Assembly (NCBI RefSeq): GCF_009914755.1
Contig: NC_060940.1
Source of the DNA: the human T2T-CHM13v2.0 reference genome, Homo sapiens
Reading direction: 5' to 3' (one strand)
DNA length: 64,000 nt
The position numbers and the translations under genes were made by a program. Positions 13,518 to 28,051 of the stretch are shown here, piece by piece; within the stretch, counting starts at the first letter, position 1, and each line of letters opens with the position of its first letter. The notes under the pieces are model-generated. The model ran no database searches, was not told the DNA's origin, and saw nothing but the letters and a program-made list of their open reading frames with translations.

Positions 13518-14957
13518 TGAGTTAGGGTTAGGGCATGAGATTAAAATTGAGTGGTTTAGAATTTGTAAGATCTGAGTAAAGTATTCAAGTGGAGATGTCA
13601 AGCTGGCAGCTTGGAAGTGCCTTTATGCAGCTCAGGATAAATGCCAGAGCTAAAGATATTAGTTTGGCTGTTAACACCATTTGATAGTATTTAAATTGGT
13701 TGAATAATATGGGGAGATGATAAAATATTCAAGATGATTTATCCTCCTGAAATGAGTGTCATGTTGGATATAAGGTTGACTATATCAGTGGGATAATGTA
13801 TAATAAGACCACTTGTAAAACTAAGAAGCATTGTGCAAATGCAGTTTCTATTCACACCGCCATAACATTTGGGCCTCCCACAGCCCTGGTAATTCTAGGA
13901 TCTTTGGTTCTTTAGATATCGTTCCAGGTACAAAATCTCCTTCCAATTATATATTCACATCCAAGTTTCTTAGAAGATGCTTGCCCTTCAACTTTGACTA
14001 GAAAGAATTTCTTTAGAAAGAATTTCTGCCAAGTATCACAAGTTTAGAGAACAGGGATAAAGCTATGGGTTATCTTTTGTTTTGGTTGAAAAAAAATTTC
14101 CACGGTGTTGTTTTAGCCTCAGCCCAAAAGGACTAAAGTCTCTAGGACTTTTTTGACTTGCATTGGAGTTTGGAGAATGTATGGCATTTAATTTTTCCAG
14201 GAGAATTTCAGCTGAGGCCAGATTGGAACTCTCCATGGCTCTAGGTAAACAGTCAATATTTTATCCCTGTGATGCTCTGGAGATTATGATTTAGAAGCAA
14301 GACTGGCTGGAGGCTGTGATCTACCTGGCCAGGAGCCACATGACAAATGAATCCCCTTTCAAGGAAGCTGAGTATATATTTTACAAGATTTAGCTGGGCA
14401 GCAGTGGTGGTGATAGGGATAAATTCAAGGGTAGTTATTTGAATTTCAACAACACAGAATGAGATTCTCATGAGCTGGGAGGGATTCCCATGAGTTGGTC
14501 TTCTAGATCAACTCACTGGTTTACTATTTGAGGCTATTGAGGTCCAAAAAGGTTAAGTGATTTTCGAAAGGTCACGCACCTGGTTAGAACTATGTTTTCC
14601 AGACTCACTTTGTCATACTTCTCCCAAGCAGCAAACTCCTACGTACCCTTATGTATACATTTTAATGGAAGTAGCTTTTCAAGAACAAATTGATCGTGAA
14701 AATGAAGGTCTGTCTCCAGGGTCACAGTGCCTTGACTTGGGCCGTGGTTCAGACCTAGAATAATGTGGTTTGGACTAGTCTGGCTGTGCCCAGAGCTGCA
14801 AGAAAATTGGGTAGTGGGTCCCTAGTTGAAAGATATGCATAATTTCAGTGTCATATTTTTCAGGTTATTGTAGATAGAGCTATGAGGATTTACTCATTAA
14901 CTCCTTCTTTCATTCAGTTTTCTACAATGGGCCTGGCTCTGGGGATACAGTGGTCAG

Positions 14958-15645
<688 letters not shown>

Positions 15646-16230
15646 ATCAGTAAGACACTATCCCTGAATGTAGGAAACTCTTCCTATGACCGGGGAGATA
15701 GACATGTAATCAAGCAGTCGTCATGCAGAGAGTTGGGGAGTTTTGCTAGAAGTAGGCAGGGAATATACAATAAGGTAGTTAATTCAGACTTGGAAGCTCA
15801 GACCAAGAAAACTTCCTAGAAGAGGCAGTGCCTTATCTGAGACTGGAAAGTAGAAGATGATTTAGTGGGAACACATTTGAGGGGGAGGATGTAGAAGGGC
15901 ATTCCGTCCAGTGGGAGTAGTACTGCACAGGGATGTTGCATGTTATGAGAGCAGCAGCCCATTCATGCGGAGCTGCAGAGGGAGCCAGGGCCAGGCCACA
16001 AGGCCAAGGAAGCCTGGACTGTGTCCTGCAGGCTCTGGGAAAGTTGAAGGACTGGAAGCTCAATGTGAGCCTATCTGCATGTGGGAAAGTCCACTGTGGT
16101 TGCTATGGGGAAAAGCACAGGGTGCTGAGTGGAGGCAGGGAGGTGACTGAGCAAGTTGTGTACATGAGGCTGGTGAGGATGATAATGTCGTAAAGTGGCA
16201 TGGCAGTGGGGAGAGAAAAACCAAATCCCC
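15646..16230 (-). mobile_element. L2 continuation (5' part at 14890-14957)
   Basis: ggctctggggatacagtgg | taagac...aaaacttcctagaagaggcagtgc... Confidence 0.65.
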
Positions 16231-16442
16231 GAGGGAAGGGAGGACAGCCATGTTTCCAGGAGGAGGATGCAGCTCTTAAAAACCAATTGGGCTTGGGAAG
16301 TGTAAATTAGAGTGGTTGTATCTATTTCTAGATCCCTTTACTGAGCCCTGCTATGTGCCATCACCTGGCCACACACCTAGCATTATGTTTTCCATTTAAT
16401 CTGTCTCACCGTCCTCCAAAAGCAGGTGCTGTCATTATTCCC

Positions 16443-16869
16443 TGTTGTGGACTGAATACTGTCTCTTCCCTGCCAAATTCATGTCCCCCATGCAACCTTG
16501 GAAATAAGGTCTTTGCAGATGTGATTAGGTTAGCTTAGAATTTTGAGATGACCCTGCATTTAAGATGGACCTGAAATCCAGTGTCTAATGTCCTTGTAAG
16601 AAGAGAAGAAGACGCAGACACAGGGGGACAAACATGGAAAGACAAGGGCAGAGATGGGAATGATGCTGCCTCAAGCCAAGGAGTGCCAGGAGCCACTAGA
16701 GACTGAAAGAGGCAAGGAACAGTCCTCCTCTAGAGCATTTGGAGGGAGGGTAGCCTGCTGACACCTTTATTGTGGACTTCTAGCCTCCAGAACTGAGAGA
16801 AAGAATAAATTTCTGTTGTAAAGCAACAAGTCTGTCATAACTTGTTGCAGTAGTCCCAGGAGACTAAGC
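16443..16869 (+). mobile_element. MLT1B/C LTR inserted in a MIR
   Basis: tgttgtggactgaat, ggaaataaggtctttgcagatgtgatt, gacttctagcctccagaactgagaga, aataaatttctgttg. Confidence 0.85.
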
Positions 16870-16996
16870 CGTGCTCATTTTAGAGATAGGAAAAACCCAA
16901 CCTAATGCTTAGGGAGGCATATTCTAAGCTCCAGGTCACCTGACTAGGAAATCATCGGGCAGGGATGTCAACTCCTCATGTCACCTACCATCTGCG

Positions 16997-17306
<310 letters not shown>

Positions 17307-18479
17307 TGAATTCTTAACCACTCTAATTTTTATGCCTCCCCCATATAATAGCTAATATTTACTGAGTGTTTACTCTGGGTCAGGGACCCCTTTAAGCTTT
17401 TGCTTTGATTATTTCATTTATCTTAAGGATTATCTTGCAAGACATACATTCATTTGAAAATATGAACAGGACTATCGCTACTTAGAAGAATGGTCACCTA
17501 TTTTTTGAAAGTCTGGGCTTTTTTTCCCCTTCTTTTTAAAGCTTGACTCTGGCATCTTATTTGCCGAGGGGAGATTTTCCACCTTGAGGAGCTAAGCAGT
17601 ATGAGAGGAAGTGTCAGGCATGTCAACCATCGGCTCATGAAACATTTCATCTTGTAATACGTTAATAGAGAAAACCGAGGTGATTTTCAGCCCATTCCAG
17701 TAAATTGGTTTTAGCACTAATGAATTGTTCTGTTTGAGCAGAGCATTATTGGCAAAAACACTGACGTTAATAGTGACACTGAGGCATTTGAAACTCCATC
17801 AAAAATTATAATCTCAAAATAAGAGGCTGGAGCATGTTTTGTGTTCTATTAATGAACATAGGTGGTCTGATCAATGCTTTTAGTTGGCAGCAGATTAAAG
17901 TATGGATTGTTGATGTGGCAAAACTGCAGATTGGCTGCCTTGCTACCTGTTGCTTCTGATGACCTCATTGCAACATTTATATTCAAATCTGATCACTCAG
18001 AGCTTTAGTTGTCAGTGGGTCATAAATTTCACCCAGTTCCTTTGGCTGAATTTCAAGCATGTAAACCATGTGCTAATAGCAAGAATGATCGGAAAGACAG
18101 TTGTAGACAAACGGAGCATGAAGAAAATCATTCTTATTGGAGGATGTGGCAGAAACAATTTTCTTGTGCTAGGCAGACGTCAGCTCTGCGGAACTGGCCA
18201 TTAATGAAGATTGCGCCACCGATCGGCTGTAACCCGGGGAGGAGAATGGTACCTTCTCCCACATCCCAGCCCCAGAAATTACGGGATCTCATGGCCAGAT
18301 GTCTCTGGAGCTAGTGGCATGGCTATACAGAATGGCCAGAGGGAATTTTTACAAGGGAAAAATATGGGGCTGGGTAAAGGGAGAAATGAGGAAGAGAACA
18401 GTCACCATGCACAGAGCATTTCTGTGTGCCAGGCACTGTATTCACCTCACTTCATCTAACAATGGCCCTGTGATGGATG

Positions 18480-18560
18480 TATTAGGTTGAACTGTATGAA
18501 ACTGCCATTCTTATAGGTCCAGGATAGCTGAATATCAGCACTTTGGTTTAGTTTACTCTA
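18480..18560. mobile_element. MADE2 (mariner MITE) inside a MIR
   Basis: tattaggttgaactgtatgaaactgccatt... resembles the MADE2 TIR; ~80 bp. Confidence 0.55.
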
Positions 18561-18647
18561 TGCTGTTACTAGCCCTATTTTGCAGCCAATGAAAGTGAGC
18601 TTTCCCAAGGTCACAGGCCAGAAAGCTAATGGCAAGACATGGTTAGC

Positions 18648-18867
18648 TCTGGGGAAATCAACACCCTGTCATCTTCCTCCTCCTCCTTCTGTTTTTCTTC
18701 TGGTGGGCTTTAACAGGAGGGTGACATGATCAGATGTGCACTCTGAAGACTCCTCTGGGTTACTCTGGCAGGTAGGTGGGAATGTGGGAGGGGATCTGGA
18801 TGGATTCCAGGAGACCCTTTAGGAAGATGTTACAATACTTTAAGCAGAGTGACTTGGTAGCTTAGAC
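18648..18867 (+). repeat. Donor copy of ~220-bp local direct duplication
   Basis: Matches 20199-20413; L2 homology continues beyond 18867 only here. Confidence 0.9.
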
Positions 18868-20198
18868 CAGAGTGATATTGTGAGGGACGTGGGAGTAGGG
18901 GACTAATATGACAAATATTTAGAGGTGAAAATCAACAGGACATGGTATTTGATGAAGGTGACTTATCTTTCTGACTTTTCCTCCTCACTCTTCAAATCCT
19001 GGCTTGAATGTTCCATGTTCTACAAACTCAACACCCTGGAGTTTGCCTTTGGCATCTTTGCTTGACTGTGAGCTCCCTAAGGGTGGGGATCATGTCTCTT
19101 ATTTATGACTATCCTTAGGACCATTATAGTGTGCAATATATAGTAGGTGATATTTGTTGGATAAACAAAAGAATTTAAAACAACCGATCAGTTACAAGTC
19201 AATGCACTCCTACTTGTAGCATTGGACACCCATTTCCTTAACTCTGGATTTCTTTAGGTGAGGACAGTCAGAGGTGGAGGATAATCCCCATGAGCTACGC
19301 TATACTCATCTCCCAATTTATTTCTGTAGCATCATCTGAGTCACTCTGGTGGGGCTGCCTGGAACTTAGCAGCCTGTTACTCAGTGTTCACATTTTCAGA
19401 GCATATTTATTCATTTAACTCAGCTAATTTGGATCATTGCCACTAAATTTTTCTAGATGGCTTAAAGAGGAACATGCTGACCCATACTATATGCTAAATC
19501 GCTTTTAAACAAGCGAAGAAGTTCTGTCGTCTGCAAAATAAAACATCTTTCCTCAGGGTTAGTTCTTTTTCTTTCTTATTTTACTCCCCAGGTATGCTTT
19601 GAGTGGGAATGTGAGGAGTAAGAAGAACATTGAGTTTGAAGAATGTTTATTGCTCTAACAAGTAAAAGACCCTTTAACAATCACATTGATTTTTTGTTGA
19701 TGGATGTAAATGGTCTTGGAAGTAAATTTTTACCCTGGGCAAGACCCACTTGGAGATGTCAGGGTTGTACTGCAGTCTTGTAGGACATTAATGGGGAATG
19801 AAGGAAGACAAATTTTACCATGGAAGTAACAATTCCAGCTGATGAATTTCTCAAAGGGACAATAGGAGTCTAGAAACTGACACCCACATGGAGACATTTT
19901 TCAAGCAAAAGGGACAATGATCTGGTTGCTGGCTTCTGTGGGCAAAACATCAGGAATGGTGCAGTGACCTCAAAACATGCAGAAGACCCGAAAAAGGAAG
20001 GTATGCATCCTCATGGAAGATGGTAGACAGTATAGACAAATCCAGGAAACTTAGATTCAAACATGCTCACTGGAAATGTTTCTTTCCTCTTTTTTTTGTC
20101 CTCAGTTTATCTCAAAGAATTGTGGAAGATTCTACCTCTTTAGCCTGTTGATTAAACCTGGTTGTCTCCCTAAATGGTCCTCTGGATATATTTGTATT

Positions 20199-20413
20199 TC
20201 TGGGGAGATCAACACCCTGTCCTCTTCCTCCTCCTCCTGTTTTTCTTCTGGTGGGCTTTAACAGGAGGGTGGCTTGATCCGATTTGTACTCTGAAGACCC
20301 CTGTGGATTTCTCTGGCAGGTAGATGGGGGTGTGAGAGGGGATCGCTGTGATTCCAGAAGACCCTGTAGGAAGTATTGCAGTACTCCAAGCAGAGTGACT
20401 TGGTAGCTTAGAC
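20199..20413 (+). repeat. Recipient copy of ~215-bp local direct duplication
   Basis: tctggggagatcaacaccctgtc...aagcagagtgacttggtagcttagac. Confidence 0.9.
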
Positions 20414-20499
20414 TAAGTTCTTCAAGTCCCTCCTCCTGTCCATCCCCACCGCCAAGATGCCAGTCTAGTTCTCACAGCTGGGCTCCACGTGGCAGAGGG

Positions 20500-21035
20500 C
20501 ACTGTGTATTAGGTGGCATGTGGTCTTGGGTACCACAAAGATGTAGGCTGACATCCCAGCTTCCCTAGGAAGTGGTCTTTTCTCCCTGAGGCTCCGTTTC
20601 CTCATCTGCAACATGGATTACTAACAACTCCCACACAGTCATCTTGTGAGGAGTCAATGGGATAAGTGATCTGAATCCATACCAGCACATTTCCTGGTAT
20701 GTAGAAGCACCCAATAGATGCTAATCTCTAAGCAAACAAACCATCACGATCAACAAAAGAGGTAATGCTGTGACTACCGCATGAGCCCCTTGGCTGGTCT
20801 CTGCGTCCAGTAGTTTCTCTTTTCACTTCGCAGCCACCCCCTCCCCACCTACAATAACCTTCCCCTCAAAGGAGTATTGTCCTGCCACCTTCTTGGTGAA
20901 GGCAGTGTGTGTGATTATAAGAACTCAGAGCCTGGAGTTAGGCATGAGGTCAAATCCTGGCTCTGCACCGTATAAGCTGTGTGACTTTAAACCTATTACT
21001 TACCTTCTCTGAGCCATTCCCTGTCTCTCATCATT
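20500..21035 (+). mobile_element. Two MIR fragments (20500-20730, 20900-21035)
   Basis: ctccgtttcctcatctgcaaa; tcaaatcctggctctgcac...gctgtgtgacttt. Confidence 0.7.
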
Positions 21036-21053
21036 CAATGTCAATCAATCAAT

Positions 21054-21056
<3 letters not shown>

Positions 21057-21093
<37 letters not shown>

Positions 21094-21377
21094 ACGCAGT
21101 CTTGCTGTTTCACCCATGCTGGAGTGCAGTGGCATGCTTTCAGCTCACTGCAGCCTTCACTTCACTGCAACTGAATTCAAGTGGTTCTCCTGCCTCAGCC
21201 TCCCGAATAGCTGGGATTACAGGCACCCGCCACCACGCCCCCCTAATTTTTGTATTTTTAATAGAGACGAGATTTCACCATGTTGGCCAGGCTGATGTCA
21301 AACTCCTGACCTTGTGATCTGCCCGCCTCAGCCTCCCAGAGTGCTGGGATTACTGGCATGAGCCACCGTGCCCGGCT
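21057..21377 (-). mobile_element. AluS with tail converted to (TC)n, preceded by (TCAA)n
   Basis: Antisense Alu body directly after 18 TC units. Confidence 0.9.
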
Positions 21378-22564
21378 GCCATTCTCTCTTTCTAGACTGT
21401 GTGGCCTCTCATCAGCTTCTCTCAGCACGTGATGTTATCCTCCCACTTTTCTCTGCAGATGGCAGTGAACTGGCTTTGCCCACTGCTCAGCCTCTTCTGT
21501 GCTTGGCATGGCATGGATACCCATGGCCGAAAGTGGCCACCACCCCTGTTTCCTGTGACACTTTTCATTTCAGGTGGCCTCCATGCTGCTCTGGCCTTTT
21601 CCCACTCATTCTGTGTAGAGTGACTGTGATTGGTTGTTGATCAGCCAATGGAGTGGGTCGTTCTGGGTCAGCTCTCACTTCCTGTTTAATTAATTGAATC
21701 TGGGGGTGGAGTCACATGGGGGAACAGGCTATCATGGGAAGTGAATCGAGGTCAGTTCTTAGACAATTGGCTGGATATGTCTTTTGACATCCTGTTCTTA
21801 AATTGAGGGGTCATCTGGTTGTCAATAGGGGCAGCCTAATTTTTGGAAATTCTGAGAGCTAAGCCTCCGCATCTTCAACTGTGAGGGATGGTAAAATTAG
21901 ACCTGGACGCTGCATGTTTTCACCTTCACTAGACCCACGTATGGGGTTGTCAAAGCTTTCGACTCTAAACTGTTCCTCAAACTTACCTCCCAGCTGGGTC
22001 AAAGAGAGAAAGGAAACACCGTCTGTGTTCCAGAGGCAAAAAAACTGGAATAAGGTATGTTTGGGACATTATGCCACAAAATAGGGCTGTTCATTGAAAT
22101 ATAATGAACAGCTGGGAAATAACTATCTCTCCTATGTGGGCTGTTAAACAGAGCATTTCCCTGAAAATTACCTTACAAAGAAATCTTCTCACTTTCCAAG
22201 CCAGACACACTGTGTTTTCTGGGTCTCCTCTGTGCAGGCAGGAGACTGGGGTGAAGTCCCCATGGAACTGTACTGAGTGGGTACTCTGGGGCTGCAGCGT
22301 TTCATAGCTGTTGAAAACCAAGGATCCTGGACCGTCCCTTTGGCGTTGGCTACCGTGTAGCAGAGCTCAATGTGAGATACACCCACCCCTAAATGACTAA
22401 CTTGCTGGTAATAAATTAGCTGAGCACACGTTTTGTAAGTGCAGCAGATAGTTTTTTGAGCACAAATTCGGTGCCCAGCATTGCTCTAGGCATCTGGGAT
22501 ACATTTAGGAGGAAAGCAGATAAAGATCTCTGTCCTCGAAGACATTTTTATTCCTAAAGCTGGC

Positions 22565-23160
22565 ATGATCCGCCTGCTACCTGCCTCTTCAGCTTGGAAT
22601 ACGTGTCTCCTCCCACTCTCTACTGCAGACCCCCTGGCTGCCATAACCCCACCGTCCTCCTTCCCACCACAGGGCCTTTGCACGTGGCCAGGTCACAGAG
22701 GTATTGAGCTGCACGGGACTGCCCCAAAGACTGGACACGTTACCCCAAACTGGGATCCTGTGTGCATCTGGTGCACACTTCTAGCTCTGAATCCCTGGGG
22801 TCCCAGACGAGGCTACCCAAAAGTCACAAGGGGGCCTGGAGCATCCCCTGCCTAAAGCCCCACTCCCGACAAGGCATCAGAGCCCTGCAGTCCTGTGCAG
22901 CTTAGTTGCTCTGCAATTGGCCTTTCCTCTTCCTGAAATGCTTCCCCTGCCCTGCTTTCCCTAATGACGCCTACTTATCTGAGCCTCCTCAGAGAAGTCT
23001 CCGCCACGGCTGCCCCTCATCTCTTCAGGTTGCTTTGTTATTGTGCATTCTCAGAATTGTGCTTCTTTCCTTCACAGTAGCACAAAGCTCAGTTTCTGTT
23101 TATGTATATTGTCATGATTCTTTGATTGCCATTGCCTCATATCAGACCCTAAACACTACA
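22565..23160 (+). mobile_element. L2 fragment interrupted by inverted insertion
   Basis: cagggcctttgcacgtgg | ...cctttcctcttcctgaaatgcttccc. Confidence 0.65.
22688..22884 (-). repeat. Inverted copy of 24397-24592
   Basis: Reverse complement matches ggctctgatgccttg...gctctgtgacctgg, ~90% by eye. Confidence 0.9.
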
Positions 23161-23299
23161 AGGTTTGGAGAGGTTAACTAAGTTGCCCAAGATCTAAAGG
23201 GTCACAGTCAGGATTTGAACCCACATCTATCTGGCCCCATGCTTTCTGTGCAGTCTAATATTGACTTGGAAATATAGAACTACATGTTTCACCTCTAGC

Positions 23300-23589
23300 T
23301 TTGTTTTTTGAGACAGGGTTTCTCTCGGTTGCCCAGGATGAGAACAGTGGCACAATCACAGCTCACTGCAACCGCAAACTCCTGGGCTCAAGTGATCCTC
23401 CCACCTCAGCCCCCCGAGTAGATGGAAACACAGATGCATGCCACCATGCCTGGCTAATTTTTTATTTTTTGTAGAGACAGAGTCTCACTATGTTGCCCAG
23501 TCTGGTCTCAAACTCCCGGATTCAAGTGATCGTCCCACCTCAGCCTCCCAAAGGTCTTGGATTACAGGGCTGAGCCACTGCACCCAGCC
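23300..23589 (-). mobile_element. AluJ
   Basis: ctcctgggctcaagtgatcctccc (J-type); TSD cacctctagcttt/cacctctaacttt. Confidence 0.9.
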
Positions 23590-24396
23590 CACCTCTAACT
23601 TTGTACATCTCCCCTTCTAATTTACTGAAGCTATGCAGAGCTTTCTACATGCATTTAGTGGTGTAAAGATAATAATAATAGCACCTATCATTTGCTGAGA
23701 TCTATTTGCAAGGTACTGGGGTAAGTGCCCTGCATGCATTGACCACTTGGATCTGAGAAAGCAGGAACTATGTAATTCACCTCATTGTGCAAATAAGAAA
23801 GGGTTGGGCAGGGGAGGTGGCATGCCCAAAGTCTCTCTCACAGGCAGGATTTGAACCCGATCCTTGTGAATTTCCAGCCTGTGGCATTGCACCTTCAATT
23901 CTGTCTCCCTCCTGACACATTCCACCTTGAAGAAAAATGCAAATGAGGTAACAAGGGGGCAAGTCTGAGGCTCTGGGTCCTGCTTACATAAACAGCCCCT
24001 GAGATTTATGAAGGGTTCCAGGAAGAAGAGTGATCGATTGGCTGCAGGCTTATTACTCATGGATTTCTTTGGCCTGGGCACATGCAGACCACAGGGAATT
24101 TGAGCCAGTGTGGAGGGCCCCTTCTAATGGTTCTCTCATGCTCGAACCCTGCTGCGGTACAACCAGGGGAGCTGCGTGTGGGGCGGGCCTCTCTGGCATC
24201 AAAAGGCGTTGGCGCTGCTAGGAGAGGTTGAGCACATCCCTTTCTTTCTTTGTTCTCTGGAGTGTACTGTTTTGCTTGGATTTATGCAAATGGCTCCACA
24301 GGGGGATCTCAGTGCCAAGGAAAGGAGAAAGGATTGTTCTCTGAGGTCAGAGTCAGGGAGGAAACTTGCCACCACCACCGCTCCGTGCTGGAATTC

Positions 24397-24592
24397 GGCT
24401 CTGATGCCTTGCTGGGAGTGGGACTTTGGGCAGGAGTTGCTGCAGGCCCCCTTGTGACTTTGGGTAGCCTCGTCTGGGACCGCAGGGATTCAGAGCTAGA
24501 AGTGTGCACCAGATGCACACAGGAGCCCAGTTTGGGGTAACATGTCCAGGCTTTGGGGCAGTCCTGTGCAGCTCAATAGCTCTGTGACCTGG
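24397..24592 (+). repeat. Donor of inverted duplication; runs into a MIR (to ~24750)
   Basis: Continues as tgtgacctgggcaag...gagcctcagtgttctcatctggaaaatgggg. Confidence 0.85.
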
Positions 24593-25778
24593 GCAAGCTC
24601 AAGGGTAAGCTTGTCCGAGCCTCAGTGTTCTCATCTGGAAAATGGGGCTGATCACGGGCCATATCTGTCAGCATGACTGTGATGATTAAATTAGGTCACA
24701 TGTAACCTGGCTGGCCAGTGCCTGGTACAGAGTGGGCACTCGAGGAATGGCAGATATACACTCAAAATATCCAACGGATTGAGTCCCTGAACCACAGCCT
24801 CCTGTTTATTACTGTTGAACAATATGGAGTCTGTCTGATGTGAGAGAACCAGAGCTCTTCTTCCTCTGCTCTGATTGGTTCCAGTTGTTAATTTCTAAGA
24901 CCCATTTAATTCCACCCCCACTTCACTCTGAAGAACAAAGATATCCTGCTGAAGGATCAGGAAATGAGAGATAGAAAGGAGACCTCTCAGAGAGCGATGA
25001 TTTGTAATGACCCATCAACAGGGATAATCTCCACTGTGGCGAAAAATAATGAAACATCGATTCTCAGAACCTATTAAAAGTCAGATTTATATGAGAATTT
25101 AAAAAAGCAATTAGTCTGCATTGAAAACTAATTAGTACCCCAACCCTGCCTTTGAATGATTTGATGGGGGAGGTTATTGAGGGCCTACTAGGTGCAGGAA
25201 CTTCAGAGGACTCAAAGATGGAAGGAACTCCACTTGTCGGGAAGGTGCTTCTTGTACTTTAGAAAGAGCAGATAGAAACAGAAATGACTATTATTTAAGA
25301 AAGAAATAGATTCTTCAGTAGAAGTCTACGTACAATGTCATGAGGCTTCAAAGGAAGGAGAGAGACATCGTCCCTGGTTTTAATGATAGGCAGTGTCTCT
25401 TATCCTGTCCCGGTTCCACATACGGATACCTCTCAGCTCATTCATTCCGCTCTTTTTTCGTGTACCAGGCTACCTGAGCTTTCTCTCCAGCCCTTTCAAG
25501 TTTTACTTTGCATACTCTCTGGGTGGGCTTAGTCATGCCTACAACTCCCAGCTGCCCACGATGTGTTCTGATACCTACCTTCCCTACCTCTGGGCTTCTC
25601 CCTGAGCTCCAGCTGTCTGGCTGTCTCTCTGGGGATCAAAATAAAATTCACCATCAAATTGAAGATCAAATTCACCATCTCCCTCCACCCCCAAACCCAT
25701 TGCCTCTTCTGGGTTCCTCTCCTAGGTTAATGCCATCCCCATGGGCCCAAGCCCCCAAGTCTTAATTCCTGATTCTGA

Positions 25779-26119
<341 letters not shown>

Positions 26120-26314
26120 TGATTGTCACTGGATACTACAGATTTCACTTCTTAAACATTTCTTGAGACTGCTTTCTCCTTTCATTCCCACTGCCTTTCG
26201 CCAGGACTGTTAGTACCCATTTCAACAATTCCCATTTGTTCCTCTGCCTTTCACCTGCCCTGCCTTACCTGTCCCTCATCCACACTGCTACCCAGTGACC
26301 TTTCTGAAAAGTAA

Positions 26315-26617
<303 letters not shown>

Positions 26618-28051
26618 TGACTTTTTTACTTGAAATGTTTCAGCATGTCTTCAAGGCCCTTAGGGTGATTCACTGCTCCTGGGCATTTCAGTATATCCTC
26701 CTGCTATTGGGACTCTGTTTACCTCTCTTACTTTGTCCCTTGCAACTTTCTAGCAATTCCCTCCTCTAATCTTTTCAGTCGATTGATCAGTCAGTCAGTC
26801 TATCCCTACCTTCCTCCTTTTTCTCACTCCATCTATCCATATTTATCAAGCTCCTACTGTGTCCCAGCACTAGACTAAGAGCTGAGTTTATAATGAGGAA
26901 ACAGACATGGTCCTTGACCTCCTCAAGGTCACAGTCTAGGGAACAGACTGTTAATATACAGACAACCAATAACTAAGTGTGAAGGGTTCCAGGAAGAAAA
27001 TCCAGGGTGATATGAGAGAGATTGATGGGAGTAGGGAAGTGCATTAAAGATCTTAGATTCAACTAAACATTTAGATTCATAAGAATACCATGGCACACTC
27101 TTAGCATCACATACTGTAGAAGGATAGAGGATAGGACACCTATCCCAGCACTAGGGCAGCACTAGGCACCCCTCTTCATCAACAATTCATGCTCTGGTGT
27201 AAGGAAATGACCCCACATGGGTCAGGTGTTGTTCTGCCTTGGCTCAGAAGCTACATGCATCATAGGAGTCAATATATCCTCTTAATACACCATAGGCAGA
27301 GCTCTTAGAATCCCTGCAAGTAGCATCCCATTATGAGTAATGGCATCCAAAGCACAACACCTCATCAGGTACTTATCGTTCATTTGTACTTCTTCCCAGA
27401 CCAGGTGCAAAACACCAGTTAGAGATCAGCTTTACTCTAAGCAATGTTGCCTAAAAATATAATTGATATCCTGACTACTTACGTACGAGGGTGACAGTGC
27501 TAGGAAGTTAGCCGAAGGGTAAGTTCTCATGCAGAAGGAGAAAGGGTTTTGTTATTTCTTTGCCTGCTGGGAGATTTTGTTGGGGTGGTTGGTGAAGGGA
27601 GTACTTAAGCTTAGTTCCCAAGTATGAAAAAGATGGGGGAGGAACATTCTAGGCAAAAGAAATTGAAAGAGGTTGGTGTGTTCCAGGAAGGGTGACTAAA
27701 GAGAGGGAGGGAAAAGGAGAGTCATAGAAGATGAGGCCAGAGAGGTGGCTGAGGCCAAATCGTGCCAGCCTGTATGAGGAGTTTGGGTTTTATTTGAAGT
27801 TTGGATTTTATTCCTCGTTCTTGTTGACTCAAGGTGAAATGCAGTTTCTCACTGAGAGAACAGGCACTTCCAGCCTCCTAGGTACAGAGATCTCTGGCCG
27901 AAGTCCTTCACACTTCCCTCTGGAGGGAATAGTGTCTATCAAGAGATATTCCAGTGTTGCATTGCTGTGTAGCAAACCACCCTAAACTTAGAGGCATAAA
28001 ACAACTATCTGATTAAACTCTTAGAGTCTGTGGGTCAGAAGTTTGAGCAGG

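Larger units (their letters stand above)
12003..13700 (-). mobile_element. Long L2 remnant interrupted by an LTR and a templated insertion
   Basis: attcatttgttcatttattcaggtatttgttgagc start; aagggctttaaacagggaagtgacatg; gtggagatgtcaagctggcag. Confidence 0.75.
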
